Shown: positions 46,498 to 56,120, numbered from the stretch's first letter. The stretch: 59,960 bases of DNA from a virus (IMGVR_UViG_3300032295_002318:1-59960); one strand, 5' to 3'. The notes: generated from the sequence alone by a model not told the origin. Program-made: numbers and translations.

Positions 46498-46666
46498 TCG
46501 TTGGCCTCACCCTTCGTAAATTGATGCTCTTCGGTGCCTCGATGCCGATCCTAACGCCCTTAGACGTTGAGCGACCTACTGACACCTTGATCTCTACCGG
46601 CTTGCCCTCAGCGTCGAACGCCTCGATACTAATCGCCTCACCGGGTTTTCTTTCCGCCACCCACAT
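46442..46666 (-). CDS. csrA: CsrA-like RNA-binding protein 3
   Basis: RKPGEAISI...VRIGIEAPKSINLRR. Confidence 0.7.
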   Translation of the reverse strand: MWVAERKPGEAISIEAFDAEGKPVEIKVSVGRSTSKGVRIGIEAPKSINLRRVRPTNGAGNNVADRHEDRVDLR

Positions 46667-46679
46667 AACGCCACCGTTC

Positions 46680-46982
46680 CTAACTTTGAAAGTCCATGTC
46701 GAACAATTCACCGTGAATGCCTAGCAACTTTTCGTGCTCTGCGTCCGGCATCACACGATCGAAGTCAACAAGCCTTGAGGCCCTGGACTCCTGCAAGAGC
46801 AACTCAAACTCCCTCAAACTGATTCGCGTTGCCTGTATTCCGAAGCCTGGAAAATGCTTGGCGATTACCGGATGCAACCGACTGATTTTCATTTCCTCAT
46901 CGATTGCGACGATGAAGCCGATCACAGTATTCGTTCGATGCCGCTTGAGGATCACCCTGTAGAAGCTTCCATCTTCGATCAT
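46680..46982 (-). CDS. Hypothetical protein
   Basis: Coupled ORF. Confidence 0.5.
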   Translation of the reverse strand: MIEDGSFYRVILKRHRTNTVIGFIVAIDEEMKISRLHPVIAKHFPGFGIQATRISLREFELLLQESRASRLVDFDRVMPDAEHEKLLGIHGELFDMDFQS

Positions 46983-47161
46983 CGCCTGACCTGTTGGCCC
47001 TGCGCCTGCTTGTAGTAGTCTTGCTTGAGGTCGTCGCTGGTGACGGTCCCTAGGGCCTTCTCAATGCCTTCGGTCAGCGTCTTGCAGCTCGCACCCGAGC
47101 ACCCGTTGACCTCTACCTTAACCTTGCCTTCCTTGTCGATCACTACGTCAATTGATTCCAT
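46979..47161 (-). CDS. DUF2997 family protein
   Basis: IDKEGKVKVEVNGCSGASC..LT..IEKALG. Confidence 0.8.
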   Translation of the reverse strand: MESIDVVIDKEGKVKVEVNGCSGASCKTLTEGIEKALGTVTSDDLKQDYYKQAQGQQVRR

Positions 47162-47163
47162 GA

Positions 47164-47565
47164 TTACCTCGAAAGAGTTAGTTTGATTCGTCCGTCAGCC
47201 TGCAACGTTTCCTTGACCGCGAAGCCTTGCCGCTTGGCTTGCTTCCGCGCGACCTCAACGCCGTACGCCTGTTGCAACTTGCCGAGGCCTCGAATGTCCT
47301 CAGCGACGGCTACTGCGTCTTGCATCCCGTAACCACGCGCGAACGGGTCAAAGCTCAACCGAAGCCCGGTTTCCGTCTTGTGAACGCCGATCTCGTACGC
47401 CGTCGGATTCGGATGCACAATCGCAGCATCGCATGGATCGACCTGACCCATATACCAGCGAAACGTTTTCTGCTCCTTGCGAAGCTCAACTCCGCAACGC
47501 TCGCAGGCTTTCGCTAGGCAATCCATGTCACGGAACTCGATTTCAACTGTAGCAATATGGCTCAC
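47164..47565 (-). CDS. DUF1257 family protein
   Basis: SHIATVEIEFRD..CL..A; L.Q.Y; GF.V.E...DG.IKL. Confidence 0.75.
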   Translation of the reverse strand: MSHIATVEIEFRDMDCLAKACERCGVELRKEQKTFRWYMGQVDPCDAAIVHPNPTAYEIGVHKTETGLRLSFDPFARGYGMQDAVAVAEDIRGLGKLQQAYGVEVARKQAKRQGFAVKETLQADGRIKLTLSR

Positions 47566-47646
47566 TTTGCACCTCGTTTTGACTCTCGAAAAGTGGAAAC
47601 GTTTCCACCCTACTAACGCCACCAACCAAAAAACGGAAGGTTACTT

Positions 47647-48561
47647 TTATTCAAATTCGATCGAACGTTCTGCCTGCTTGACCACGTGGGCAGATACCGC
47701 CGATTGAAGCTTGGCGAACGCTTCACGCATGTTAGCGCGTTGCTCGTCGTCCTTTTTCATGGCCTTTGCATCGAGCCCGACGGCGAGCTGCTCTGCCTGA
47801 TGTACCAAGGCATCTAGCTCAGCATTGTCACCGACTGAGATAGCTCGGAAACGGTTTGCGAACTCGACGATATTATCCACCGCCCGTTGCTGGAGTACTC
47901 GTTTCTTCCCGTCCTCAGACTCCCCGGATTCAAGACGTTCTGCGACCGCCGCAATCATACCGGCGAACTCTTCACGCAACGCTTGCTCTGCGGCTTGTGC
48001 TGCCTCATCGAACTTGATCGCGAACTTTTGCATTTCCCGGTCGAATAGCTCCTTACCAAGCTTTGCCAACTTAGGGTCAGGTTGCACCGAAGGGTAGCTG
48101 ATCGTCAGCCAAATAGCTTGCCGTACGTCGAAGTTGTAGTCACCTTCAACGTACAGTTTCGCTAGGCGATTCTTGGCGTCCTGCTTGACCTGATCCCAAA
48201 CCTCATGCAACGCCTCTTTCGCCTTTTGCAAGTCGGCTTGCAGCGTAGCGACTTGCTGGTTCATCCACTCAATCCGATCGATCTTGATAAGCCGCATCCC
48301 GTCTTCGTACTTGACCGTATACCCCTGCCAAATCGCACGAGCTTGACGGATGATCGCGTAGACCGCTTTGACCTCTGGTAGTTTCTTGTTGAGGATTTCA
48401 CGCCCGCCGCTTACGCTCTTTGCGTCCGAATCGAAGAACGACGCCATGCTATGCCGCTGTCCGTCGGTGAATTTCTTGCGACTCGAAAAGCTGGTAATTT
48501 CCAATTTGCAGCCGCTCATCTCCTCGAACAACTGCTGCCCTAAATCCGTCATCGTTTCCAC
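47647..48561 (-). CDS. Helical hypothetical protein (DUF3150-like)
   Basis: 304 aa between AAA ATPase and DUF1257. Confidence 0.55.
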   Translation of the reverse strand: METMTDLGQQLFEEMSGCKLEITSFSSRKKFTDGQRHSMASFFDSDAKSVSGGREILNKKLPEVKAVYAIIRQARAIWQGYTVKYEDGMRLIKIDRIEWMNQQVATLQADLQKAKEALHEVWDQVKQDAKNRLAKLYVEGDYNFDVRQAIWLTISYPSVQPDPKLAKLGKELFDREMQKFAIKFDEAAQAAEQALREEFAGMIAAVAERLESGESEDGKKRVLQQRAVDNIVEFANRFRAISVGDNAELDALVHQAEQLAVGLDAKAMKKDDEQRANMREAFAKLQSAVSAHVVKQAERSIEFE

Positions 48562-48628
48562 CTGTCAAAAAAAAGTAACGTTGCAAATATTGCCAAATGT
48601 ATAACGCCACCGATCCCGGAAAGAAAAC

Positions 48629-50089
48629 CTATTCGAGTTCTCGACCTGAGGATTCCTTGCGTCGCGTGTAAGGCCCTGCAACGCTCGCAGAGAGGAAGCG
48701 ACCTTCGGCCCCTGCTCGCAGCTTGGCGATTGCTTCCGGTGCTTGCTTGCTCACTGGGACGATGTAAGACGCGGCTTGCTCAAGACTGATCGAAAGGGAA
48801 TCAGCAATCTCACAGCACGATTCGATCTCCGCCCCTGTCCATTCGTTATCAAGTAGCTTGCTGATTGCGCCTTGGTTATCATGCCCGAACTTCGCAGCGT
48901 ACAGACTCCAAATAGCTTGCCGTTCTGCCCTGTCCGGCAAGTCGAAGAACCAAGTACCAAGCTTAAACCGTCGCTTCAATTCTGGCGGAAGTTCAGTCAA
49001 GCTGTTGCACGTTGCTATCCAAAGGGTATCGCCTCCGCTGATCGCCTTGATGACTTTCAAAGCCTCGCGTACCTGTGCTTCGGACTGCCCGACCAACGAT
49101 CCCTTCGTGCCCCCTAAGTCGAGCTGAATCGTAGGTATCCCGCCTTCGGTACCGGTGGACTTCGCCACTGCTGATTTCGCCGCACCCGGAGGCCCTACGA
49201 GGATCATGCCCGTAGCTCGGTTGTCTTGCATCCAACTGAGCAACTGACCTAGCTGATCCTGTGATACCCCGCTGGTATCCGATCCAGCCGCCCCCAAGCA
49301 CTTCTCGATCTCGTCCACAAATACAACCGCCTTCGGTTTCGCCTTGCCTTTTAGCACCGCCCGCATGAAGGTTTTGAAGCTCTCACAACCGCCGATCGAA
49401 TCGAAGCCTGCCTTCGTTGTCACCACTCTTAGGCCGGGAGTCTGATCGATCTTTCGACGCTTCGATTCCCAAAGCTGGTCAACGTCGAGCCCGGTCTTAT
49501 CGAGTGCCAAGCAAGCAAGGTTCTCAGCACAAAAGGCAGTCACCCCGATTGCCGCATTCGCACCGCTTTCAAGTACCTCTTCCGTTGGCGTGTGTTTCCC
49601 CCACTCGCAAACATTGCTCACGATCCCTCGAAGCTCATCCGAGCCCGGCATGGGGTCGTCGAACTGAACTACGTCGTGGATCAACTCTGGCGGAAGTACC
49701 GCGACTCCAAGGAGCACGAGCACCTTTTTGGTAGCCTTGAAATCATCCCGCAAATTCCAAACGGCTTGCACCGCGCGAGGGTCATCCATAAAAAGATGAG
49801 CGTTGCAAATCACCACCACCTGACGGCGCGTAAGCTCTTTGAGGTCAGCCAAAAAGTTGACCATTGACCCCGAATAGTCTTGCTGTGGAAGCCCCGCCAA
49901 CGCTTCACAAGCCTTGGTATCTGTCTTTGCAGCCTTTGCACCTTGGATCACGTCCCAGGTAATCAAACCGACCGAATCCTCGAATCCTGCAAGCTGCTCA
50001 CCGATGGATCGAATCGTTGCCGCTGGATCGCCTGTGGTCACTGAAACCAATGGAACGCCTGCTCTGAATGCCTTTGCAATTTGCATCAT
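48629..50089 (-). CDS. Ycf46-type AAA+ ATPase
   Basis: FDSIGG, FVDEIEK, GPPGAAKS, GSLVGQSE, LPPELKRR, FFDLP. Confidence 0.85.
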   Translation of the reverse strand: MMQIAKAFRAGVPLVSVTTGDPAATIRSIGEQLAGFEDSVGLITWDVIQGAKAAKTDTKACEALAGLPQQDYSGSMVNFLADLKELTRRQVVVICNAHLFMDDPRAVQAVWNLRDDFKATKKVLVLLGVAVLPPELIHDVVQFDDPMPGSDELRGIVSNVCEWGKHTPTEEVLESGANAAIGVTAFCAENLACLALDKTGLDVDQLWESKRRKIDQTPGLRVVTTKAGFDSIGGCESFKTFMRAVLKGKAKPKAVVFVDEIEKCLGAAGSDTSGVSQDQLGQLLSWMQDNRATGMILVGPPGAAKSAVAKSTGTEGGIPTIQLDLGGTKGSLVGQSEAQVREALKVIKAISGGDTLWIATCNSLTELPPELKRRFKLGTWFFDLPDRAERQAIWSLYAAKFGHDNQGAISKLLDNEWTGAEIESCCEIADSLSISLEQAASYIVPVSKQAPEAIAKLRAGAEGRFLSASVAGPYTRRKESSGRELE

Positions 50090-50262
50090 CAAGTCCTTTC
50101 GTAGGATCAAAAAAAGTGGAAACGTTTCCACCTCAATAACGCCACCACTCAGAAAATAGTAACGTTGTTTTTTTCAGAAGTCGATTTTTTCCATGATCTG
50201 ATCGAACGCGACCAGAACTGCAAAAATCACCACTCCGCAGCCCAAAGCGTAAACTACCTCAA

Positions 50263-50436
50263 TCATCGCGACCTCAGTTTCTTCTCATCAAAAGTAAGCT
50301 CCCCGCGAGCAACCGCAACATCCTTCGGAGCCTGGATCTCCAGCTTCACCTTGCTCGGCCCGATCGATCGCACGATCACCGTCGCCGGTCCGATTGTAAT
50401 TGATTGCCCTACCCCACGCTTCAAAATCAAACTCAT
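50263..50436 (-). CDS. csrA: CsrA-like RNA-binding protein 2 (57 aa, absent from ORF track)
   Basis: MSLILKRGVGQSITIGPATVIVRSIGPSKVKLEIQAPKDVAVARGEL. Confidence 0.8.
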   Translation of the reverse strand: MSLILKRGVGQSITIGPATVIVRSIGPSKVKLEIQAPKDVAVARGELTFDEKKLRSR

Positions 50437-50444
50437 CGCCGCAC

Positions 50445-50684
50445 CTAACTAGTCTCTTCCTTGCCAACATCCAACGCCCTACGAAACCGTTTCGCAAAGC
50501 TTCGAAAACAATTCCAGCGAAACAACCGTTGAGCATCCGTCAACAGCTCATCCCGCGCTATATCGACCTCCAAGGGAGCATCGATCTCTATTTTCACTTT
50601 CGCAGGCCCAACCGAAACAACCTGGACTTTTACCCCGCCGATCCAAAATGCTTCGCTTTGCCTGCGCTTGATTACCAAGGCCAT
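50445..50684 (-). CDS. csrA: CsrA-like RNA-binding protein 1
   Basis: MALVIKRRQSEAFWIG...VKIEIDAPLEVDIARDEL. Confidence 0.85.
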   Translation of the reverse strand: MALVIKRRQSEAFWIGGVKVQVVSVGPAKVKIEIDAPLEVDIARDELLTDAQRLFRWNCFRSFAKRFRRALDVGKEETS

Positions 50685-50722
50685 GATTGACTCCAGCCGA
50701 CCGCAAGTCGGCGTTACTTGAC

Positions 50723-50968
50723 CTACGAAACCCGGTTCAACAATTCAGCGTTCTGAGTCGCAATCTCGTATTGCTTCTCAGTCAGTCCATCCTTGCTGAT
50801 GAAGCAGATTGCCCGTTGGGGGTCTATGCTTCGAGCGTGAATCGGGCTGTCATAGACGCCGATCATTGGGACGCCTTTGAACTCGCCGATTTCAACCAGC
50901 AAGACAACTTCCTGCGTTCCGCTTGGAAGCTCCAAATCAACGTACTGGAAAGAAATAGCCATCATCAA
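50723..50968 (-). CDS. Hypothetical protein
   Basis: GGAG RBS. Confidence 0.5.
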   Translation of the reverse strand: MMMAISFQYVDLELPSGTQEVVLLVEIGEFKGVPMIGVYDSPIHARSIDPQRAICFISKDGLTEKQYEIATQNAELLNRVS

Positions 50969-51070
50969 TTCTCCGTCGTAGAGAGGTTGTCAAAACATCC
51001 GGGTTCTTCCCGGCTACATATACCTAGGCTCAGACGCTTCCAAACCTAGGCGCACAATTCAAAAAGATTT

Positions 51071-51280
51071 TTACTTGGACGAAGCGCGTTCACCGCGTCG
51101 CAGTCGCTTTGGCAAGCTTGACTTCAATTCATCTACCGTCACGCCCTTGGTCTTCGCAGCTCGTTCGAGCATCGCTTCCCCGGCCCATTCCGAAAACGTC
51201 ATGCCTTCCATGCTTGCCGCCGATGCAAATAGCTCTTGCCATTTGACCGGCTGTGTCAGTGTGATCTTGCCTGGAACCAT
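51071..51280 (-). CDS. Probable ribbon-helix-helix regulator
   Basis: KITLTQP...FASAASMEGMTFSEWA. Confidence 0.55.
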   Translation of the reverse strand: MVPGKITLTQPVKWQELFASAASMEGMTFSEWAGEAMLERAAKTKGVTVDELKSSLPKRLRRGERASSK

Positions 51281-51329
51281 CGAAAAACCTCGTTGAAAAA
51301 AAAGGGAGATTGGTAAACGTTGAGCGTGA

Positions 51330-51656
51330 TTAGGAAGCGGCTTGAAGCTCTTCCCATTCTTCGTTCGTAACCCATCGGAAACCTTCCGGCAGGTCATCGG
51401 CGTCGATCTGACTGACCTTGTAGCCCGCAGGCCCAGCGACTACCCAAAGCTCGCTTGAGCTTGGGTCAATGTCGTAAATCGTCAGTCCGTCTTTTGTCTT
51501 TGTTGGCATCGACTTTTCGGACTTACTGAACTGGTTGTAGTCAGCCATCGATTCGAAGGCCATGAAGCCGCCATCGACTTCCACGATCTCCGCCGCCCAT
51601 GGTGCCGCTGCTTGTGCTGCCTCGATCGTTCCTACTTCCAAAAATTCGGTTCTCAT
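51330..51656 (-). CDS. Hypothetical protein
   Basis: Start MRTEFL with AAGGA RBS. Confidence 0.5.
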   Translation of the reverse strand: MRTEFLEVGTIEAAQAAAPWAAEIVEVDGGFMAFESMADYNQFSKSEKSMPTKTKDGLTIYDIDPSSSELWVVAGPAGYKVSQIDADDLPEGFRWVTNEEWEELQAAS

Positions 51657-51738
51657 AGTGCTGTGATCCTTACTTGTGCTGTGAAACTTAAACTCATACC
51701 GCCGAGGCGGTTTCAGCCTTCCGGCCATCGTCAGTGAG

Positions 51739-51987
51739 TTAGCGTGATTCCTTTGCGATTCGCTCCCACTGGGATAGCCGCTCTTCGCTGAGAAGAAACG
51801 CTTCGCCGATCTCCTTGTGCCGTCCGTTGCTGTTGACATTGCGACCCATTCGCAAGCCGTCTTTGTTCTTTCGCACTTGCAGCAAGCAAACCCCGCCGTG
51901 CGCTGATCGATTTTCGTTGCGTGATACGCTTCCGGCATAGCCAACGATCGCTACCGTAGTCCAGGTTGTCTTAATTGCTGTGGTCAT
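51739..51987 (-). CDS. Hypothetical protein
   Basis: AAAGGG RBS; 82 aa. Confidence 0.55.
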   Translation of the reverse strand: MTTAIKTTWTTVAIVGYAGSVSRNENRSAHGGVCLLQVRKNKDGLRMGRNVNSNGRHKEIGEAFLLSEERLSQWERIAKESR

Positions 51988-52067
51988 AACTTTTACCCTT
52001 TAGAAACTTGTGAATCTCAAACCCATACGCCCTAAGGCGTTTCGACCTTCCGATCATCGTCAGTGGG

Positions 52068-52442
52068 TTAGGCGAATACCGACAACTCTTCGGCGATTGC
52101 GGGAGCAACGCGGTCAAGCTGCTTCTGGATTTCTTCGGTGCCCATCCCTACAACGATCCCTCCAGCCAATTCATTTCCGCGCCGTCCTGCCTTGTGGTTA
52201 CTCACGCGAAACTTGACCGACACCGAGTGGTCATCAGTGTCGTGATAGCATTCGAAGTAAATCGAACCCATTGACCCATGATCCCAGGTGACGGCATGAA
52301 CGCCCTCGATTGATCGCAATGCAGACTTCACCGTATCGACAAGCAACTCAGTAGCGTCGTGAACTGCTCGTGTGCAAACCGGAAGGTGCCCAACTGCATC
52401 CCAGGTCTTCAAAGCGACTTCAATCATTCGTGCGTTCATCAT
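52068..52442 (-). CDS. Hypothetical protein (FRVSNH motif)
   Basis: First gene after AT-rich control region. Confidence 0.55.
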   Translation of the reverse strand: MMNARMIEVALKTWDAVGHLPVCTRAVHDATELLVDTVKSALRSIEGVHAVTWDHGSMGSIYFECYHDTDDHSVSVKFRVSNHKAGRRGNELAGGIVVGMGTEEIQKQLDRVAPAIAEELSVFA

Positions 52443-52704
52443 TCATCCCTTTCGTAGGTCAGTTGTTTTACTGGCGTCGTTGCCAGCGATGTAGATACAA
52501 TATCGGTATATTTCAGATAGGGAAATAGGCATTCTTTCAAATGGTATCCTATTTCACGCCAAATCTACCTATTTCTCAAGGAAAACATTGGGAAAGATTT
52601 TTTCGGAATTTCTTTCCGCGTTGCGGTTTTCGATCCCGGCTTCACGCTTTCCCTGTGTTTTCATTGATTTGAAATGGAAGCATTTTGGAAACGTTTCCAG
52701 CTAG
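52443..52704. promoter_or_regulatory. AT-rich control region with GAAATAGG repeats and a palindrome copy
   Basis: GAAATAGG at 52522 (+), 52548 and 52568 (-). Confidence 0.5.
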
Positions 52705-53679
52705 CTACTCCCAAACCAAGTTTAGCTCGGCGGTCTGCTTCGGCTTTTCTGCCTCAATGCCGATCCTCTCCAGGTTCTTCGCAGCCTGCCGGAAGTAGCT
52801 AGGTTTTAACTCGCAGCCAACACCGCGACGGCCTAGAGATACCGCCCCGTAGACTTCTGACCCAACGCCCATGAAGGGGCTCAAGACCGTCTCACCGGGA
52901 TTCGACCACATGGCAACCGCGCGTTCAATCACGTCGAGCTGCAAGGGGTGCACGTGCTTCTCGTCCTCAAGGTCACGTGACTCTTCGACGTTCAAGACTC
53001 GATCGATTCGGATATCCATCCAGACTGACGAAGCGTAGTTTCGCCAAATCCATTGCGAGTACGAGTTCTTTTTTTGATCGCCGACCATGCCGCGAAGGTG
53101 TCGAAATTCTTCCGGCGGTTGAGACTCACCAGCGTATTCAAGCATCCCGTTTTCTTGCGTCACAGGGATCTTGTTTTCACCCTTGCGACGGAACATCAAA
53201 AGATAATCAGCGTTCGCCACTGAGCACCGCGTTGTATCCTTGCAGAACGTTTTGTGGTGTAGTGACTTCATCATCGTTCGATTGCGCACCATCAAAGGTT
53301 CTTTCCAAATCACGCGACGCCCGCCGTACTCGAAACCGCGTGCCAAGTGCTGCCGAATTATCTCTCCGGGGAGGTCGAACATGGCATCGCAGCCCGCATT
53401 GCTCAACGGAATATCCATGCAATGTACGGCCGAGATTCTGCCCGGCTTAGTCAGCCTTGCTACCTCGTCGATGCAATATCCGTAGTGCTCAAAAAACTCA
53501 TCCTTATCGATTGCGTTCGACATATCCCGCGCGTCGCTGGAGTACGTATAAAGCCCTGCAAACGGCGGGGAATAGACGCTGAGCCCGATGCACTCGTCCG
53601 GTAACGTTCGCATGATCTCCACGCAGTCCCCGTTGTAGATTGCGTATCGGTCATTGATAACTTGATCGCTTATAGCCAT
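52705..53679 (-). CDS. Amino-methyltransferase (N4C/N6A, beta class)
   Basis: GDCVE, SPPF catalytic motif, HVHPLQLD, VLSPFMGVGSE SAM motif. Confidence 0.9.
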   Translation of the reverse strand: MAISDQVINDRYAIYNGDCVEIMRTLPDECIGLSVYSPPFAGLYTYSSDARDMSNAIDKDEFFEHYGYCIDEVARLTKPGRISAVHCMDIPLSNAGCDAMFDLPGEIIRQHLARGFEYGGRRVIWKEPLMVRNRTMMKSLHHKTFCKDTTRCSVANADYLLMFRRKGENKIPVTQENGMLEYAGESQPPEEFRHLRGMVGDQKKNSYSQWIWRNYASSVWMDIRIDRVLNVEESRDLEDEKHVHPLQLDVIERAVAMWSNPGETVLSPFMGVGSEVYGAVSLGRRGVGCELKPSYFRQAAKNLERIGIEAEKPKQTAELNLVWE

Positions 53680-55103
53680 GTTGGTAAATCGACTTTCTTT
53701 GTATAGATATTCTCTCGTTCAATCCTCAACGCGGAGTTCATTTCCGCGACCAAAACCTCAAACATTTTCGCGGCTTGATCCGCCTTTCGTCGCATGTTCG
53801 CGAGTACTAGTTCTTCGCCTTCCGTTGCAACAACGTCTAGCGTTACTGGCCTCTTTTGGCCGAAGCGATAGCAACGCCGAACGCTCTGGTAGTACTGCTC
53901 GTATGAGTGACTAGCAAAGGTCACAACGTGATTGCAATGCTGCCAGTTCAGGCCCCAAGCTCCAATCTTCGGCTTGATGACAAGGACTCGCAGCTTGCCG
54001 CTTTCGAAGTCCTCGTAAATCTCGATCTTCCTTTCGTCACGTGTTCGCCCTGCGACTTGCACCGCGCCGGGAATGATCTTCTCCAACATGTCCCCTTCCG
54101 GGTTTGCCTGGCACCAAATCACAACCGGTCGATCATGATTGACTAGGTTTGCAACGTACTCGCAACGCTGTTCGAGCGTTCGCATTCGCTCCTTACGCTC
54201 TGCCCCTAATCCGACCGCTGGAACGTTGAGAAGGTAGCCTTCCGGCGGTGAATCCGGTGCTATCACGTGATCCCGCTCGATCAACTCAGGGAGGACAAAT
54301 TTTCGATCATCGAAGCCCAAGTCCGAAGGCAATCGGCAAGCGCGAGCCCATGAAGCAACCCACCGCCAAAAATGCTGAACGGCATGGTTTTTGAGTCTCC
54401 ATTGACCGATTGTCTGAGCTACACGGAAGGCAAGCTTGCCGTAGTAGTTTGAGTCTTGCTGAATCAGCCTTTCCGCTTCCAATTGCTGCTTGGTTTCTTT
54501 CTTCTGGCCTTTGTCGTCAAGTTGCCGAAAGAACCGGCGGAGCATGTCGCTGTTCGACAATTCGCCTAACGCCTCGCTAGACGTTCCAAGCTCAACGTAA
54601 TCGTTCGGTGCGGCCGTCGCTGTGCATAGCAATCGGTAAGGCATCTTGAGCGTAAACCGCGTGATTTGCTTCCGCGTCTCACCGTCAACCGACTTCAAAA
54701 TGCTTGACTCGTCGCAGACGAACCCCGCAAAGTCATCCGAGTTAAAATTGTGCAAGCGGTCGTAGTTGGTCACTACGATCTTTGATTCCAATTCGCCCGC
54801 CTTGCTACGCTTCGCTTCGATGCCGAACTTTTCAGCCTCGCGTTGCGTTTGCTGTGCGACGGCCAACGGAGTGACAATCAAAACCCGCTTGTTCGTATGC
54901 TCAACAACCTTTTGAGCCCAAGTCAGTTGCATAGCTGTCTTGCCGAGCCCGCAATCGGCAAAGATTGCAGCCTTGCCTTTTCGCAGTGCCCAGTCAACGA
55001 GATACGCTTGGAAGTCGTACAGGTAGCTCGGCAACTCGCCTGGATCGAATCCGTGATCCCCTCCCATTTGTGACTTATGGTCTATGAACTCGTCGTAGTT
55101 CAT
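53670..55103 (-). CDS. SNF2-like helicase
   Basis: ADCGLGKT, DESS, TATAAPND, QSVRRCYRFGQ. Confidence 0.9.
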   Translation of the reverse strand: MNYDEFIDHKSQMGGDHGFDPGELPSYLYDFQAYLVDWALRKGKAAIFADCGLGKTAMQLTWAQKVVEHTNKRVLIVTPLAVAQQTQREAEKFGIEAKRSKAGELESKIVVTNYDRLHNFNSDDFAGFVCDESSILKSVDGETRKQITRFTLKMPYRLLCTATAAPNDYVELGTSSEALGELSNSDMLRRFFRQLDDKGQKKETKQQLEAERLIQQDSNYYGKLAFRVAQTIGQWRLKNHAVQHFWRWVASWARACRLPSDLGFDDRKFVLPELIERDHVIAPDSPPEGYLLNVPAVGLGAERKERMRTLEQRCEYVANLVNHDRPVVIWCQANPEGDMLEKIIPGAVQVAGRTRDERKIEIYEDFESGKLRVLVIKPKIGAWGLNWQHCNHVVTFASHSYEQYYQSVRRCYRFGQKRPVTLDVVATEGEELVLANMRRKADQAAKMFEVLVAEMNSALRIERENIYTKKVDLPTWL

Positions 55104-55293
55104 TGCTTCCCCTTGTTGCGTCGCGAGCCATTATGCAAACGTTGCTTGGTAGCTCCGCGACTGGTAGATAATCCAAGCCAATAACGCCACCATTTGACCG
55201 AAAGAAAGCAATCAGTAGAAGATTGCAAAGATTTGCAACGTTGCTTTTTTCTGCGCGTTGCTGTCAAAGAGTGGAAACGTTTCCACTTCAAGC

Positions 55294-55602
55294 CTACTCG
55301 AAACTGACGCTTACCTTGATTTCCCTCGGTGATACGTTGACAAGAATCTCATGTAGCCGTTCAGCGGTCAGAAGCACTTTCTTAGTGCCCTTTGAGGTCT
55401 TGTACGAAAAGTCACCAACGCCGTTTTCATCGACCGGAATCATCCTGTACCAACTCTTTGCCTCATTGTCCCAATGAAATCGCAACCATCCCATAATGCG
55501 ACGAGCCGTATACGTATCACCACGAATGACGCAAACCTTTTCTATCGATGCCACTTTCCAGCCCCTCAAATCGTTGACGTAATTTGACGCAATTTCACGC
55601 AA
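55294..55602 (-). CDS. Hypothetical protein
   Basis: 102 aa; start uncertain. Confidence 0.45.
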   Translation of the reverse strand: MREIASNYVNDLRGWKVASIEKVCVIRGDTYTARRIMGWLRFHWDNEAKSWYRMIPVDENGVGDFSYKTSKGTKKVLLTAERLHEILVNVSPREIKVSVSFE

Positions 55603-55679
55603 TCAAATAACGCCACTGAAGCCGACTTCGAAAGATGTTTTCGTTGCTCTAGAGATTTGCAACGTTGCTTTTTTCTGCG

Positions 55680-56120
55680 CCGCGCGCACCGCAGCTTTAT
55701 CCCTTGGCCCCCACCCGGCAGCCAAGATCAGCAAAGAACCCTAGTTAGTGGCACCCTGAAAAACCAGGGGGGCTCAGTCTTACGGTAGTAAACGGGGCCA
55801 AGGACCGAGTTGTGAGCTGACACAGTGCTCGGATTTGATTTTATTCCCTACCGCCCAACTGATGCAGGTTTGCGAAGCCTGCCCTTGTCGTGGCCGAACC
55901 ACTACCCTCCTACGGAATGATCCGTAGTCGCTGCTTGCGAAGTGTTACCAAGCCGCACACCACGCAAACCGCGCTAGCAAGGCTGAAGCCCCAACGCAGT
56001 TCCGATCTGTCTTTACGCCTTGATTTCATTTCGTTTGCTCACTAAAATCTAGGCAGTTCGAAGGGCGTGCGGTGCTGAGAACTTAACCTCGCAGGGTTCA
56101 AACCTTGCGGGGTTTTTTTA
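55680..56120. other. Highly structured non-coding region (ncRNA or replication origin candidate)
   Basis: No ORF of 60 aa or more; six or more hairpins or long-range stems. Confidence 0.5.
56085..56119 (+). terminator. Hairpin with T-run, opposing genome-wide - strand transcription
   Basis: AACCTCGCAGGG-TTCAAA-CCTTGCGGGGTT-TTTTT. Confidence 0.55.

Noticed and set aside
56035-56043. Further late promoters at isolated AGTGAGCA boxes (about 35118, 48748, 56036)
   Set aside because: No TANNAT at the 9-nt spacing
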